Shown: positions 23,294 through 32,000 of the stretch, piece by piece
How the letters are laid out: every line of letters begins with the position of its first letter
Numbering within the stretch: position 1 is the stretch's first letter
Source: Rhodobacter capsulatus SB 1003
GTDB lineage: Bacteria > Pseudomonadota > Alphaproteobacteria > Rhodobacterales > Rhodobacteraceae
Length of the DNA: 32,000 bases
NCBI RefSeq assembly: GCF_000021865.1
Contig: NC_014034.1
Coordinates: 2,910,001-2,942,000 of the forward strand
Direction of reading: 5' to 3'
The notes under the pieces: generated by a model
Told to the model about the DNA's origin: nothing
Databases searched by the model: none
The model's input: the letters and a program-made list of their open reading frames with translations, nothing else
Program-made: the position numbers and the translations under genes

Positions 23294-24373
23294 ATGCGCA
23301 AGACGGCGCTGCATGGCCCCGCCCTTCCGGCCCTGGCGCTGGCAGGCCTGACCGCTTTCGCCCCGCCCCTGCCCGCCGAAACGCCGCTGGCGGTGGAGCT
23401 TGTCACCGCCCATACCGCGCCGGTCTTCGTGCATTTCGAGCTGTCGGGCAGCATCGAGGCGGCCGAGGCCGTGCCCGTGGGCTTTCGCGCCGGCGGCCGG
23501 ATCGTCGCGCTGCCGGTGCAGGTGGGCGCCCGGGTCGAGGCCGGGCAGGTGCTGGCCGAACTGGACCCGACCCAGGCCGCCGCGGCGCTGCGCGGCGCCA
23601 AGGCGCAGGCCGATGCGGCGGCGGCGATGCTGACCCAGGCGGAACAGGCGCTGACCCGGGCGGCAGAGCTGACCCAGCGCGGCGCCGCGACCCAGGCCGC
23701 GCTGGATGCCGCGACCGAGGCGGCGCTGTCCGCCCGCTCGGCCCAGGATCAGGCCCAGGCCGCGCTGGCCAAGGCCCGGCAAACCCTTGCCGATTGCACC
23801 CTGACCGCGCCCGCCGCGGGGATCGTCACCGCCCGCTCGGCCGAGCCCGGCCAGATCGTCGGCGCGGCGCAGACGGTGCTGACCCTGGCCCGCGACGGCG
23901 CCCGCGAAGCCGTGCTTTACGTCCCCGATTTCCCCGCGCTCGACCGCTTTCGCGACCGCCGCGTGACGCTGCGCCCGGTCGAGGGGACCGGCCCCGTCAT
24001 GGAGGCGGTGGTGACCGAAATCGCCCCCCTTGTCGCGGGCACCACCGGCACCGTCCGGGTCAAGGGCAAGATGCGCGAGGATCTCCCCGCCCCCGGGCTG
24101 GGCACTGCCATCGTCGCCGTTCTGGACCTGCCGCTCGGCTCGGCGATGGGGCTGCCCTGGACGGCGCTGGTGACGAAGGATGGCGGCCCCGCGGTCTGGA
24201 CCGTCGATCCGCAAAGCCTGCGGGCCACGCTGCGCCCGGTGCGGATCTCGCGTTACACCGACCGCGGCATCGACGTCGCCGAGGGCCTCTCCGAAGGCGC
24301 GCTGGTGGTGGCCCGCGGCGCGCATCTGCTTTACCCCGGCCGCGCCGTCCGGCCGACGGAGACGACGCCATGA
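23294..24373 (+). CDS. efflux RND periplasmic adaptor subunit (membrane fusion protein) 1, 359 aa
   Basis: Track ORF 23159..24373, trimmed to ATG 23294 (GGGAGAG RBS): MRKTALHGPALPALALAGLTAFA signal. It contains GGRIVALPVQVGARVEAGQVLAELD (lipoyl/barrel-sandwich motif), an Ala-rich coiled-coil hairpin and CTLTAPAAGIVTA. Confidence 0.85.
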   Translation: MRKTALHGPALPALALAGLTAFAPPLPAETPLAVELVTAHTAPVFVHFELSGSIEAAEAVPVGFRAGGRIVALPVQVGARVEAGQVLAELDPTQAAAALRGAKAQADAAAAMLTQAEQALTRAAELTQRGAATQAALDAATEAALSARSAQDQAQAALAKARQTLADCTLTAPAAGIVTARSAEPGQIVGAAQTVLTLARDGAREAVLYVPDFPALDRFRDRRVTLRPVEGTGPVMEAVVTEIAPLVAGTTGTVRVKGKMREDLPAPGLGTAIVAVLDLPLGSAMGLPWTALVTKDGGPAVWTVDPQSLRATLRPVRISRYTDRGIDVAEGLSEGALVVARGAHLLYPGRAVRPTETTP

Positions 24374-25416
24374 TCCGCCCGGTCCTGCTGTGCCTGCTGG
24401 CGCTTGCCCCCGCCCCCGCGCGTGCCGAGGCCCCGGTCCGCCCGGTGGTGTCGGAAATCGTCACCGGCTCGGCCATCGCCACGCGCGATTTTCCCGGCGT
24501 GATCGCGGCCGAGGTGGAAACCACGCTCGGCTTTCAGACCGCGGGGCGGATCGAGACCCGGCCGGTCAATCTGGGCGATGCGGTCACCGCCGGGCAGGTG
24601 CTGGCGACGCTTGATCAGGTGACCCTGGCCGAGGATGTGGCCGCCGCCAGCGCCGGGCTGCGCGCGGCCCGGGCCGAGGCCGATTTCGCCCGGCAAAGCC
24701 TTGAGAGGGCGCAGGAATTGCAACGCCGCGGGGTGGCGCCGCTGGCCACGCTCGAAGCCGCCGCGGCCAAGGCCGCCGCCGCCCGCGCCACGGTCGACCG
24801 CGCCCGCGCCGATCTGACCCGGGCCCGCGATGCCGAACGCTTCGGCCGCCTCACCGCGCCTTCGGCGGGGGTGGTCAGCCAGATCCTGGCCGAACCCGGC
24901 GCCGTCGTCACCCCGGGCACGCCGGTTCTGCGTCTGGCCACCGCCGCCGGGCGCGAGGCGGTGATCGACGTCCCCGACGACCTGCGCGCCGTGCTGCCGA
25001 AAGACGCGCGCTTCACCATCGAGACCCGCGGCGACGGCCCGCAGACCCTGCCCGGCCAGCTGCGGCTGATCGAGCCGGTCGCCGATGCCTCGACCCGGGC
25101 GCATCGGCTGCGGATCTCGTTCGCCGACGGCGGTCAGGCGCTGCGGCTGGGCACACTCGTCACCGCGCGGCTCGATCTGCCCGAGGCGCCGCTGCTGACC
25201 CTGCCCATGGCCGCGATCCGCCCCGACACCGATCCGCCGCAGGTCTGGCGCCTCGGCCCCGACCGCCGCGCCGAGGCGGTGCCGGTGACGCTCGGCCAGC
25301 GCCTTGACGACCGCGTGGTGATCACCTCGGGCCTTGCGCCGGGCGACGAGGTGGTGATCCGCGGCATCCGCTCGGTCACGCCGGGCCAGCAGCTTGGACC
25401 AAGGGTATCGCCATGA
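24370..25416 (+). CDS. efflux RND periplasmic adaptor subunit 2, 348 aa
   Basis: Distal part of track ORF 23128..25416, starting at ATG 24370 (ATGA overlap): MIRPVLLCLLALAPAPARA signal. It contains GRIETRPVNLGDAVTAGQVLATLD, a coiled coil and GRLTAPSAGVVSQ. The upstream 414 codons of the track ORF are an Arg/Gly/Pro-rich alternate-frame artefact of adaptor gene 1. Confidence 0.85.
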   Translation: MIRPVLLCLLALAPAPARAEAPVRPVVSEIVTGSAIATRDFPGVIAAEVETTLGFQTAGRIETRPVNLGDAVTAGQVLATLDQVTLAEDVAAASAGLRAARAEADFARQSLERAQELQRRGVAPLATLEAAAAKAAAARATVDRARADLTRARDAERFGRLTAPSAGVVSQILAEPGAVVTPGTPVLRLATAAGREAVIDVPDDLRAVLPKDARFTIETRGDGPQTLPGQLRLIEPVADASTRAHRLRISFADGGQALRLGTLVTARLDLPEAPLLTLPMAAIRPDTDPPQVWRLGPDRRAEAVPVTLGQRLDDRVVITSGLAPGDEVVIRGIRSVTPGQQLGPRVSP

Positions 25417-28400
25417 CTTTCAACCTGTCCGACTGGGCTTTGCGGCATCGCTCGATGGTCTGGTATCTGATCCTCGTCTCGCTTCTGGCGGGGGTTCTGG
25501 CCTATCGCAACCTTGGCCGCGAGGAAGACCCCTCCTTCACCATCAAGATCATGATCGTCACCGCGATCCTGCCCGGCGCCACCGCCGAGGAGACGCGCGA
25601 ACAGGTCACCGACCGGATCGAGAAGAAGCTGCAGGAACTGCCGAACCTGAAGTTCACCCGCTCGGAGACCTTTCCGGGCCGGGCCGTGGTGCAGCTGGAA
25701 CTGACCCCCGAAACCCGGGGCGAGGCGGTGACCCGGACCTGGCAGAAGGTCCGCAACATGATGGCTGACATCCGCCCGGATTTTCCGGCGGAATTCGCGG
25801 GGTTCTATTTCAACGACAGTTTCGGCGATGTCTATGGCTCGATCTATGCCTTCACCGCCGACGGGTTTTCCCCGCAGGAGGTGAAGACCCGGGTGGAAAA
25901 GGTCCGCTCGGCGGTGCTGACGCTGAAGGCGGCGGGCAAGGTCGAGCTGATCGGCACGCAAGACCCTGTTGTCCATGTCGAATTTTCCGCCCGCAAGCTG
26001 GCCGCGCTGGGGCTCGATCAGGCGCAGGTGCTGGGCACGCTGGCCGCGCAGAACGCCATCGTGCCCTCGGGCGTGATCCGCACCGCCGACGAGCTGGTCG
26101 CGGTGCGGATGTCCGGCCGCTTTGCCGATGCCGCCGAACTGGCCGCGGCGCCGCTGCGCGTGGGCGAGATCTTCTTTCGGCTCTCCGATGTGGCGACCGT
26201 GCGCGCGGGCTTTGCCGATCCGCCCGACACCCTGTTTCGCTACAACGGCCAGCCCGCGGTGGGGCTGATCATCGGCATGAAACAGGGCGCCAACATCCTC
26301 GAGTTCGGCGCCGAGCTGAGCGCGCTGATGGACAGGGTGGCGGCCGAATTGCCGGTCGGCATCACCCTGCACAAGGTCGCCGATCAGCCGCAGGTGGTCG
26401 AGCAATCGGTGAACCATTTCCTGCGCGCGCTGGCCGAGGCGGTGGCGATCGTGCTTCTGGTCTCCTTCGTGTCGCTGGGCTGGCGGGCGGGGCTTGTGGT
26501 GACGATGTCGATCCCGCTGGTTCTGGCGCTGACCTTCGTCATTCTGGACGCGATGGGGGTGACGCTGCAGCGGATTTCGCTGGGCGCGCTGATCATCGCG
26601 CTGGGGCTGCTGGTCGATGATGCGATGATCGCCATCGAAACGATGATCGCGCGGCTGGAGGCCGGGGACACGATCGCCAAGGCCGCGTCGCATGCCTGGA
26701 CCTCGATCGCCTTTCCGATGCTGTCGGGCACGCTCGTCACCGTCGCGGGCTTCATCCCGATCGGGCTCAATTCCAGCCAGGCGGGGGAATACACGCTCTC
26801 GCTTTTCTACGTCATCGCGATTTCGCTGATGTTGAGCTGGGTCGTCGCCGTGCTGTTTGCGCCGCTGATCGGGGCCAGTTTCCTGCCGAAGACGATGCCG
26901 CATCACGACGCCACCCCGGGTCGGCTGCGGCGCGGCTTTCATGCGCTGTTGCGCGGCGCGATGCGGGCGCGCTGGCTGACCATCGTCTTGACCGTCGCGC
27001 TCTTTGGCGCCTCGCTTTACGGCATGCGCCAGATCGAGCAGCAGTTCTTCCCCGCCTCGGACCGGCCGGAACTGCTGATCGACGTGACGATGCGGCAGAA
27101 TTCGGCGATTGCCGCGACCGACGGGGCGATGGCGGAACTGGACCGCTGGCTCGCCACCCGCCCCGAGGCCGCCTATTGGACGACCTATGTCGGCCGTTCC
27201 GCACCGCGGTTCCTGCTCTCGCTTGATGCGCCGACGCCGGTGCCCTTCATCGGCCAGATCGTGGTGATGACCAAGGGGCTGGAGGAACGCAACGCCCTGC
27301 GCCGGGCCCTGGCGGATCATGCGGCGACCCTGCCCGGGGTCGATGTGTTCTCGAAGCTGATCGAGCTGGGGCCGCCGGTCGGCAAGCCGGTGCAATACCG
27401 GCTGATGGGCCCGGACCGCGGCCTGCTTCTGACCGAGGCGCGGCAGCTTGCCGAACGGCTGGCGCAGGATCCGCGGCTGTCGAACATCACGCTCGACGAG
27501 GGCGAGCCGGTGCGGGTCGCCCGCGTCGTGCTGGATCAGGAGCGGCTGCGCCAGCTTGGCCTGACGCAAAAGGACGTGGCGCAGGCGCTGCAAACGCTGT
27601 TCGAGGGCGTCACCGTCACAGAATTGCGCGACGGTCAGACGCTTGTGGACGTGCTCGCCCGCGGCGCGGCGGCGGACCGCTCGCGGGTGGGGTCGCTTGC
27701 CTCGCTGCAGCTGCCCTCGCCCTCGGGGGTGCCGGTGCCGCTGCTCAGCTTTGCGACGCTCGATTGGCAGATGGAGCCGCCGGTGCTGCATGCCCGCAAC
27801 CGGGTGCCGACGATCACCGTCAAGGCCGCGGTCACGGGGGCGAACCAGCCCGCCACCGTGACCCGCGATCTGGCCCCGGCGATTGCCGAACAGATGGCGC
27901 GGCTGCCTGCCGGAACCACGATCGAGCCGGGCGGCGTGGCGGAATCGAGCGGCGAAAGTCAGGCGCCGATCGTCGCCGTCGTGCCCTTGATGGTGCTGAT
28001 CATCCTGACCCTTGTGATGGTGCAGATGCAAAGCTTCCGGCTGATGTTCATCGTTCTGGCGGTGGCGCCGCTCGGCCTGATCGGCGTCGTCGCGGCCATG
28101 CTGCCCTCGGGGCAACCGCTTGGGTTCGTGGCGATATTGGGCGTGCTGGCGCTGGTCGGCATCCTGATCCGCAATTCGCTGATCCTGATGGCCGAGGTGG
28201 AGGTGCTGATCGGCGCCGGGAAAAGCCGCTGGGATGCGGTTTTCGAGGCCTCCGACAGCCGGGCGCGGCCGATCCTGCTGACCGCGGCCGCGGCCTCTCT
28301 GGCGCTGATCCCGATCTCGCGCGAGGTGTTCTGGGCGCCGATGGCCTTTGCGATGATGGGCGGCATCATCGCGGGCACGCTGATCACGCTGGTCTTCGCC

Positions 28401-28496
28401 CCCGCGCTCTATTGCGCCGTGTTCCGGGTGCCTGCCCCGCCGCGCCCGCCCCGGCCGCCGCGCCCCGAGCCCGAGGCCATGCCCGGGCGATCTTAA
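25413..28496 (+). CDS. RND efflux transporter permease (AcrB/AcrD/AcrF family), 1027 aa
   Basis: N-terminus [27 protein letters not shown], 12-TM/two-large-loop organisation, [19 protein letters not shown] (conserved TM4 DD) and [16 protein letters not shown] overlap with adaptor 2. Proline-rich C-terminal tail. Confidence 0.95.
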   Translation: MTFNLSDWALRHRSMVWYLILVSLLAGVLAYRNLGREEDPSFTIKIMIVTAILPGATAEETREQVTDRIEKKLQELPNLKFTRSETFPGRAVVQLELTPETRGEAVTRTWQKVRNMMADIRPDFPAEFAGFYFNDSFGDVYGSIYAFTADGFSPQEVKTRVEKVRSAVLTLKAAGKVELIGTQDPVVHVEFSARKLAALGLDQAQVLGTLAAQNAIVPSGVIRTADELVAVRMSGRFADAAELAAAPLRVGEIFFRLSDVATVRAGFADPPDTLFRYNGQPAVGLIIGMKQGANILEFGAELSALMDRVAAELPVGITLHKVADQPQVVEQSVNHFLRALAEAVAIVLLVSFVSLGWRAGLVVTMSIPLVLALTFVILDAMGVTLQRISLGALIIALGLLVDDAMIAIETMIARLEAGDTIAKAASHAWTSIAFPMLSGTLVTVAGFIPIGLNSSQAGEYTLSLFYVIAISLMLSWVVAVLFAPLIGASFLPKTMPHHDATPGRLRRGFHALLRGAMRARWLTIVLTVALFGASLYGMRQIEQQFFPASDRPELLIDVTMRQNSAIAATDGAMAELDRWLATRPEAAYWTTYVGRSAPRFLLSLDAPTPVPFIGQIVVMTKGLEERNALRRALADHAATLPGVDVFSKLIELGPPVGKPVQYRLMGPDRGLLLTEARQLAERLAQDPRLSNITLDEGEPVRVARVVLDQERLRQLGLTQKDVAQALQTLFEGVTVTELRDGQTLVDVLARGAAADRSRVGSLASLQLPSPSGVPVPLLSFATLDWQMEPPVLHARNRVPTITVKAAVTGANQPATVTRDLAPAIAEQMARLPAGTTIEPGGVAESSGESQAPIVAVVPLMVLIILTLVMVQMQSFRLMFIVLAVAPLGLIGVVAAMLPSGQPLGFVAILGVLALVGILIRNSLILMAEVEVLIGAGKSRWDAVFEASDSRARPILLTAAAASLALIPISREVFWAPMAFAMMGGIIAGTLITLVFAPALYCAVFRVPAPPRPPRPPRPEPEAMPGRS

Positions 28497-28521
28497 CCCG
28501 CCGTTCACCAATTCCTGTCAT

Positions 28522-28544
28522 CCTCGGGCATGTTTTGCCCGAGG
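28522..28544 (+). other. perfect 8-bp hairpin between the RND pump gene and the next ORF
   Basis: CCTCGGGC-ATGTTTT-GCCCGAGG. No U-tract follows, so terminator function is uncertain. Confidence 0.3.
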
Positions 28545-28551
28545 CCCGCTC

Positions 28552-29265
28552 ATGCTGACGCCCCTGCCTCTGCCCACCGCCCCCAGCCCGCTGCCCGCGG
28601 GCACGCAATCGCTGCCGCTGCCGCACGGGGCCCCGACCTTCCGACAGGGGCCGATCCCCCTGCCCGATCTGCCGGACCTGCCCGATGCGGCGCCGACGCC
28701 CCAGCCCCGACCCGGCCCCGCCGCCGAAAGGCCGCTGCCGGGCGCTTCGGCCGACCGCGCCGCCGCCCTGATCGCACGGGCCACCGCGCTCTCGGCCGAG
28801 GCGCTGGCCAGCGCCACCACCGCCGCGCCCCAGGGCGGCGCCGCAACGCCGATGTCGCTCGTGGCGGCGCAGATGCTGGTCGATCCCACGGCGCTGCAGG
28901 CGGTTCTGGCGCAACAGGCCGCCACCCGCGCCCTGCCCGGCGCGCAGCGCCGCCCGGAACCGCATTCCGACGATCCCCCCGCGCCGCTGCTCGCCGCCGC
29001 AGATGACAGCTTCGACCCGCATGCGCCGCATCCGCCGCCGGTCCCGCCCGGCACCCACGGGGCACGGCCCCCGCCCGGACCGGATCAGATCGACCCCGCC
29101 GCGCCGCAGCCAGAGCGCAAGACCGGCCCGGCGCCGCTGCCGGCGCACCGGCCCGATCTCGCCCCGCCGCCGCCCCTTGGCGATCTGACGCAACGCCCGA
29201 CGCTCTGGGCGCTGGCGGGGGCGGTCTTCACCGGCGTCTTCGTGCTGGCGCTGCTCTTGATCTGA
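28552..29265 (+). CDS. proline-rich protein with a single C-terminal transmembrane anchor, 237 aa
   Basis: Track ORF. GC3 read by hand is very high in this frame. About one third of residues are Pro. It ends in TLWALAGAVFTGVFVLALLLI-stop. Confidence 0.55.
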   Translation: MLTPLPLPTAPSPLPAGTQSLPLPHGAPTFRQGPIPLPDLPDLPDAAPTPQPRPGPAAERPLPGASADRAAALIARATALSAEALASATTAAPQGGAATPMSLVAAQMLVDPTALQAVLAQQAATRALPGAQRRPEPHSDDPPAPLLAAADDSFDPHAPHPPPVPPGTHGARPPPGPDQIDPAAPQPERKTGPAPLPAHRPDLAPPPPLGDLTQRPTLWALAGAVFTGVFVLALLLI

Positions 29266-29273
29266 CCGCCGCG

Positions 29274-29303
29274 AAAAGCAAAAGGCCGCCCCGAAGGACG
29301 GCC
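29274..29303 (-). terminator. rho-independent terminator of rpmG
   Basis: The minus strand reads GGCCGTCC-TTCG-GGGCGGCC (8 bp with one G-U pair) followed by TTTTGCTTTT, about 25 nt after the rpmG stop. A second small palindrome, CTTGCGG-T-CCGCAAG, lies at 29311-29325. Confidence 0.7.
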
Positions 29304-29328
29304 CTGAACCCTTGCGGTCCGCAAGATC

Positions 29329-29496
29329 TTACTTGATCTTGCCTTCCTTGTATTCGACGTGCTTGCGCACGACGGGGTCATATTTGTTCACCGTCATCTT
29401 CTCGGTCATGGTGCGGGCATTCTTCTTGGTCACATAGAAGTGCCCGGTGCCCGCCGTCGAGTTCAGACGGATCTTGATCGTCGTCGGCTTCGCCAT
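29329..29496 (-). CDS. rpmG: 50S ribosomal protein L33
   Basis: Not in the ORF track (55 aa). Hand translation gives [55 protein letters not shown]-stop. GGGAGA RBS upstream. Confidence 0.95.
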
Positions 29497-29626
29497 TCTC
29501 AGTCTCCCAGAGTCGGATGCGCCTGCATCCGCGAAATCCTTGAAGCCTGCCTTTTAGTCAGCCGCCGCGCGGAGTCAACCGCAAAGGCGCGGGCAGGCGC
29601 GTTTTTTCGCACCTCCCCGGACCGGA

Positions 29627-30337
29627 TCACAGCGCCGGCTTGCCCATGCCCAGATGCACCTGCGCCACGACCCCGGGATCCAGCGCCAAAGCCGCCGCAA
29701 GATTGCGCAGATAGGTCTTTTCCGCCTCGGTATCGACGGTGATCGCCATCAGCGCGGCGGAATAGACCTGCACCCGCGCCGCCTCGTGGACATCGGCCGC
29801 CAGCCCGGCAATGTCGATCGGCGCATCCAGCTCGGCCTGAACGAAAGCCACCTCTTCCTCGGTCGCCTCGCCCAGCTGCGCCAGGATCTGCGCGCGTTCG
29901 GCGTCATCGATGGTGCCGTCGGCCTTGGCGGCCTGAATCATCGCGCGGATCATCAGCTTGGCATGCGCCTCGGCACCCGCCGCCACCGCCGGATCGGCCA
30001 GCGCGGTGCTCATCATCTCGCCCAGCCCCTTCGCGCCGGTCCCCGCCGCCGCGCTCATCGAGCCCAGCATCGCGCCGATATTCGTCTGCGCCGTCTCGGT
30101 CGCCGCCGCGGCCTGGGTGCCGAACGTCGCCAGCATCCGGCTGACCGTCTCCTTGCCGCCCGGAACGCCCATCCGGGCCGCCCAGTCGCCCATCTGCTCG
30201 GCCATGCCGCCGGGCTTGCCGGCATCGCGCAGCGCCCCCTTCATCGCGTCGATCCCGCCCGCCTGCTGGAATTTCTGCACGCCCTTGGCAGCGGCAAAGC
30301 CCACCGCCAGCGTGGCCAATGTCTTGACGAAACTCAT
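29627..30337 (-). CDS. DUF533 / TerB-like (YebE-type) inner-membrane protein, 236 aa
   Basis: Track ORF 29627..30457, trimmed to ATG 30337 (GGGAGGAAC RBS): MSFVKTLATLAVGFAAAKG (N-terminal TM). The C-terminal LMIRAMIQAAKADGTIDDAERAQILAQLGE...VYSAALMAITVDTEAEKTYLRNLAAAL is typical of the TerB-like fold. Confidence 0.75.
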   Translation of the reverse strand: MSFVKTLATLAVGFAAAKGVQKFQQAGGIDAMKGALRDAGKPGGMAEQMGDWAARMGVPGGKETVSRMLATFGTQAAAATETAQTNIGAMLGSMSAAAGTGAKGLGEMMSTALADPAVAAGAEAHAKLMIRAMIQAAKADGTIDDAERAQILAQLGEATEEEVAFVQAELDAPIDIAGLAADVHEAARVQVYSAALMAITVDTEAEKTYLRNLAAALALDPGVVAQVHLGMGKPAL

Positions 30338-30519
30338 CCCGTTCCTCCCGGTTGGTGATGTCAGCCCGGCAGGGACCGCCCGGAGGCGACCGATCGCGTC
30401 CCCCCGCCGCCCCTTGCCTTCGTCTTCCAATCTCGGAGCACAGCCGCCCCGGTTCAAGAGGAATCACGTCAAAGCGAAGCGCCGCAGGCCGCCGCCGCCC
30501 CGAAAGGCGGCAGGCGCGC

Positions 30520-30916
30520 GGAAGACCTGTAAGCCGGATTTTGTCCGGGGTTGCCCCCTGGATGACCATTCCTCTGGGTCTGCGGTCACCCGCAGCCTCA
30601 AGCCGCCAACCCGGACACCTCGGGGCGAAGCTCCCCTGCCGTCCCCCGTTTCCGGTTGCGGCGCGGCATCCCTATTCGGCGTTGCTCCCGGTGGGGCTTG
30701 CCGTGCCGGTCCTGTTGCCAGTCCCGCGGTGGGCTCTTACCCCACCGTTTCACCCTCACCCCGCAAGCGGGGCGGTCTGTTCTCTGTGGCGCTTTCCCTG
30801 GGGTTGCCCCCGCCGGGCGTTACCCGGCACCGTTGCTTCATGGAGTCCGGACTTTCCTCGGAGGCCCAGCTATCCGAAAAACGGAGCTATGGGCCGCCGC
30901 GGTCATCCGGTCTTCC
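30520..30916 (-). ncRNA. rnpB: RNase P RNA, bacterial type A
   Basis: The minus strand reads GGAAGACCGGATGACCGCGGCGGCC...CCGAGGAAAGTCCGGACTCCATGAAGCAACGGTGCCGGGTAACGCCCGGCGGGGGCAACC...AGGGTGAAACGGTGGGGTAAGAGCCCACCGCGG...ACAAAATCCGGCTTACAGGTCTTCC. The universally conserved GAGGAAAGTCCGG and GGTAAGAGC blocks are present, and P1 pairs GGAAGACC with GGTCTTCC. Ends are approximate, within a few nt. Confidence 0.88.
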
Positions 30917-30957
30917 GCGCCCTCGTGCCATACGCCGCGCCCGGGGCAAAGGTCAAT

Positions 30958-31076
30958 GGGGGCTCTGCCCCCATACCCCCGGGATATTTGGAGCAAGATG
31001 AAGGGAAGGCCGGGTTTGGCTTTCATCTTGCCGGAAATATCCCGGGGGGAGGCGCAGCCGGGGGGCAGAGCCCCCC
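30958..31076. repeat. ~119-bp nested imperfect palindrome between the amidase gene and rnpB
   Basis: The arms pair outside-in. GGGGGCTCTGCCCCC (30958-30972) pairs with GGGGGCAGAGCCCCC (31061-31075). CCCCCGGGATATTT (30976-30989) pairs with AAATATCCCGGGGG (31035-31048). GCAAGATGAAGG (30993-31004) pairs with CTTTCATCTTGC (31020-31031). Confidence 0.8.
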
Positions 31077-31079
31077 TCC

Positions 31080-31769
31080 TCAACTGGCCCGCCAGGCGCC
31101 GCCGTCCGAGCCGAAGCGCAAGGCCAGATCGTTGATCATCGCAATGTCGGTGGCATCGAGCGCGCCCTCATGCCGCGGCCGGAACCGCAGCCGGAAGGCC
31201 GAAAGCAGCACGTCAAAGGGCGCCTCGGGATAGCCGAAGGTTTCCGCCAGCGCGAGGAAGGCCTCGGGCGTGACCGGCGGCAGCCGCCCCGCGGGCGCGG
31301 GCCAGATCGCCAGATCCTGCCGGGCGAGCCGGGCCCAGTCGAAGCGCGGGCCGGGGTCGATCTTGCGCCCGGGCGCACAGTCGGAATGGGCGATCACCGC
31401 CTCGGGGCCAAGGCCCCAGCGCGCGAAGATCTCGGGCAAAAGCCGCTCCAAGGCCGCCATCTGCGGTTCGGGAAAGGGCGCATCGCCCGTATTGGCCAGT
31501 TCGATCCCGATGGAGCGGGAATTCACATCCGCCTGCCCCATCCAGCCGCCCGCCCCGGCGTGCCAGGCGCGCAAGCGTTCCGGAACAAGGGCTTCCACCC
31601 GGCCATCCTCGGCGATCAGCCAATGCGCCGAGACCTCGGCCGCGGGGTCGCAGAGCCGATCCCGTGCCACGGCGCAGCTTTCCATGCCGGTGTAATGCAA
31701 AACGATCAACTCGGGCTGCGCGCCGCCGCGCCGCTCTCCGAAATTCGGAGAGGCGGGCGTTCCGGTCAT
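31080..31769 (-). CDS. N-acetylmuramoyl-L-alanine amidase (AmpD/Amidase_2 family), 229 aa
   Basis: LIVLHYTGM, SAHWLIAEDGRVEALVPERLRAWHAG, NSRSIGIELAN and VIAHSDCAPGRKIDPGPRFDW are the Amidase_2 signature blocks. Confidence 0.85.
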   Translation of the reverse strand: MTGTPASPNFGERRGGAQPELIVLHYTGMESCAVARDRLCDPAAEVSAHWLIAEDGRVEALVPERLRAWHAGAGGWMGQADVNSRSIGIELANTGDAPFPEPQMAALERLLPEIFARWGLGPEAVIAHSDCAPGRKIDPGPRFDWARLARQDLAIWPAPAGRLPPVTPEAFLALAETFGYPEAPFDVLLSAFRLRFRPRHEGALDATDIAMINDLALRFGSDGGAWRAS

Positions 31770-32000
31770 GGACGCGCCGCCTGGAAGGGTCGCGGATCCC
31801 AGGCGCAGGCGAAGCCGTCGCCATCGGGGTCCAGATTGCCCGGATCCTTGACCGGACCGCCCTTTTCCAGAAACGCGCGCTGCGCCAGATCCGAGGAGAC
31901 GAATTTCGCGCAGGCCTTTTCGGTCGAGGTCATCTTGAAGCCGTTGCGCTCATAGACCTTCTGGCCCGGCGTGTTGGTCGCGGCCAGGGCATAGGCGGCA
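31766..32000 (-). CDS. Excalibur (DxDxDG calcium-binding) domain protein, C-terminal 77 codons; 5' end beyond window
   Basis: Not in the ORF track (edge-truncated). Hand translation gives ...AAYALAATNTPGQKVYERNGFKMTSTEKACAKFVSSDLAQRAFLEKGGPVKDPGNLDPDGDGFACAWDPRPFQAARP-stop. The stop overlaps the amidase ATG (ATGA). Confidence 0.7.
   Translation of the reverse strand, partial: AAYALAATNTPGQKVYERNGFKMTSTEKACAKFVSSDLAQRAFLEKGGPVKDPGNLDPDGDGFACAWDPRPFQAARP

Noticed and set aside
23128-24369. N-terminal 414 codons of the 762-aa track ORF 23128..25416
   Set aside because: This part is an Arg/Gly/Asp-rich alternate frame of adaptor gene 1. The real second adaptor starts at ATG 24370, with a signal peptide and an ATGA overlap.
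25134-28511. 1125-aa minus-strand ORF antisense to the RND pump gene. Similar long antisense or alternate-frame ORFs occur at 5935..7524, 7935..9479, 11494..13038, 13039..14355, 14374..15570, 18756..20084 and 21806..23173.
   Set aside because: The translations are Arg/Gly/Pro/His-rich with no motifs. They lie opposite or out of frame to ORFs with clear family signatures and high GC3. This is the usual stop-codon depletion of high-GC DNA.
29560-29626. Possible plus-strand terminator (GC-rich segment followed by TTTTTT at ~29602-29607)
   Set aside because: The flanking GC segments (GGCGCG ... GGCGCG) are direct, not inverted, giving at best a 4-bp stem. No plus-strand gene ends upstream of it.
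30352-31233. Track ORFs across 30352-31233 on both strands
   Set aside because: The region is occupied by RNase P RNA and the palindromic repeat. The translations are Pro/Arg/Gly-rich artefacts.

Overview
High-GC alphaproteobacterial chromosome segment, probably Rhodobacterales-like (inferred from GC3-rich codons and the L33 and RNase P RNA sequences). Bases 1-21312 are accessory DNA and 21313-32000 are mostly core genes.

Accessory part, left to right:
(1) A low-GC RHH plus cytosine-5 methyltransferase operon that runs off the left edge.
(2) A four-gene large serine recombinase module on the minus strand.
(3) A ~17.5 kb block transcribed entirely on the plus strand. It holds an unrecognisable two-gene cassette, an ECF-like sigma factor and three coupled unknowns. 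Next comes a phage-type recombination and replication set: AAA_24/Sak4-like ATPase, DUF669-like protein, a small Zn-finger protein ending in an SSB-like DDPIPF tail, a Cas4/RecB-like nuclease, a RecD/Dda-like helicase and a Toprim-VirE primase-helicase. After these come an iteron-type origin, a RuvC-like resolvase, an HTH protein, a low-GC DUF3800 gene, a ParB-domain N6/N4 methyltransferase and a second C5 methyltransferase.
(4) A frameshifted AlpA-like gene abutting tRNA-Phe(GAA).

No terminase, capsid, tail or lysis gene is visible, so the element looks like a satellite-like island or a late-region-deleted prophage. Four genes near its right end appear disrupted: one homopolymer frameshift, one in-frame TGA and two further frameshifts.

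Core part: an orphan sulfate-binding protein, an RND pump with two tandem adaptor genes, a proline-rich tail-anchored protein, rpmG, a DUF533/TerB-like protein, RNase P RNA, a ~119-bp palindromic element, an AmpD-type amidase and an Excalibur-domain protein.

The supplied ORF track misses the two edge-truncated genes, rpmG (55 aa), both RNA genes and all frame-disrupted genes. Many long track ORFs are GC-driven antisense or alternate-frame artefacts. All family assignments come from motif recognition by eye and recalled family names; no searches were run.
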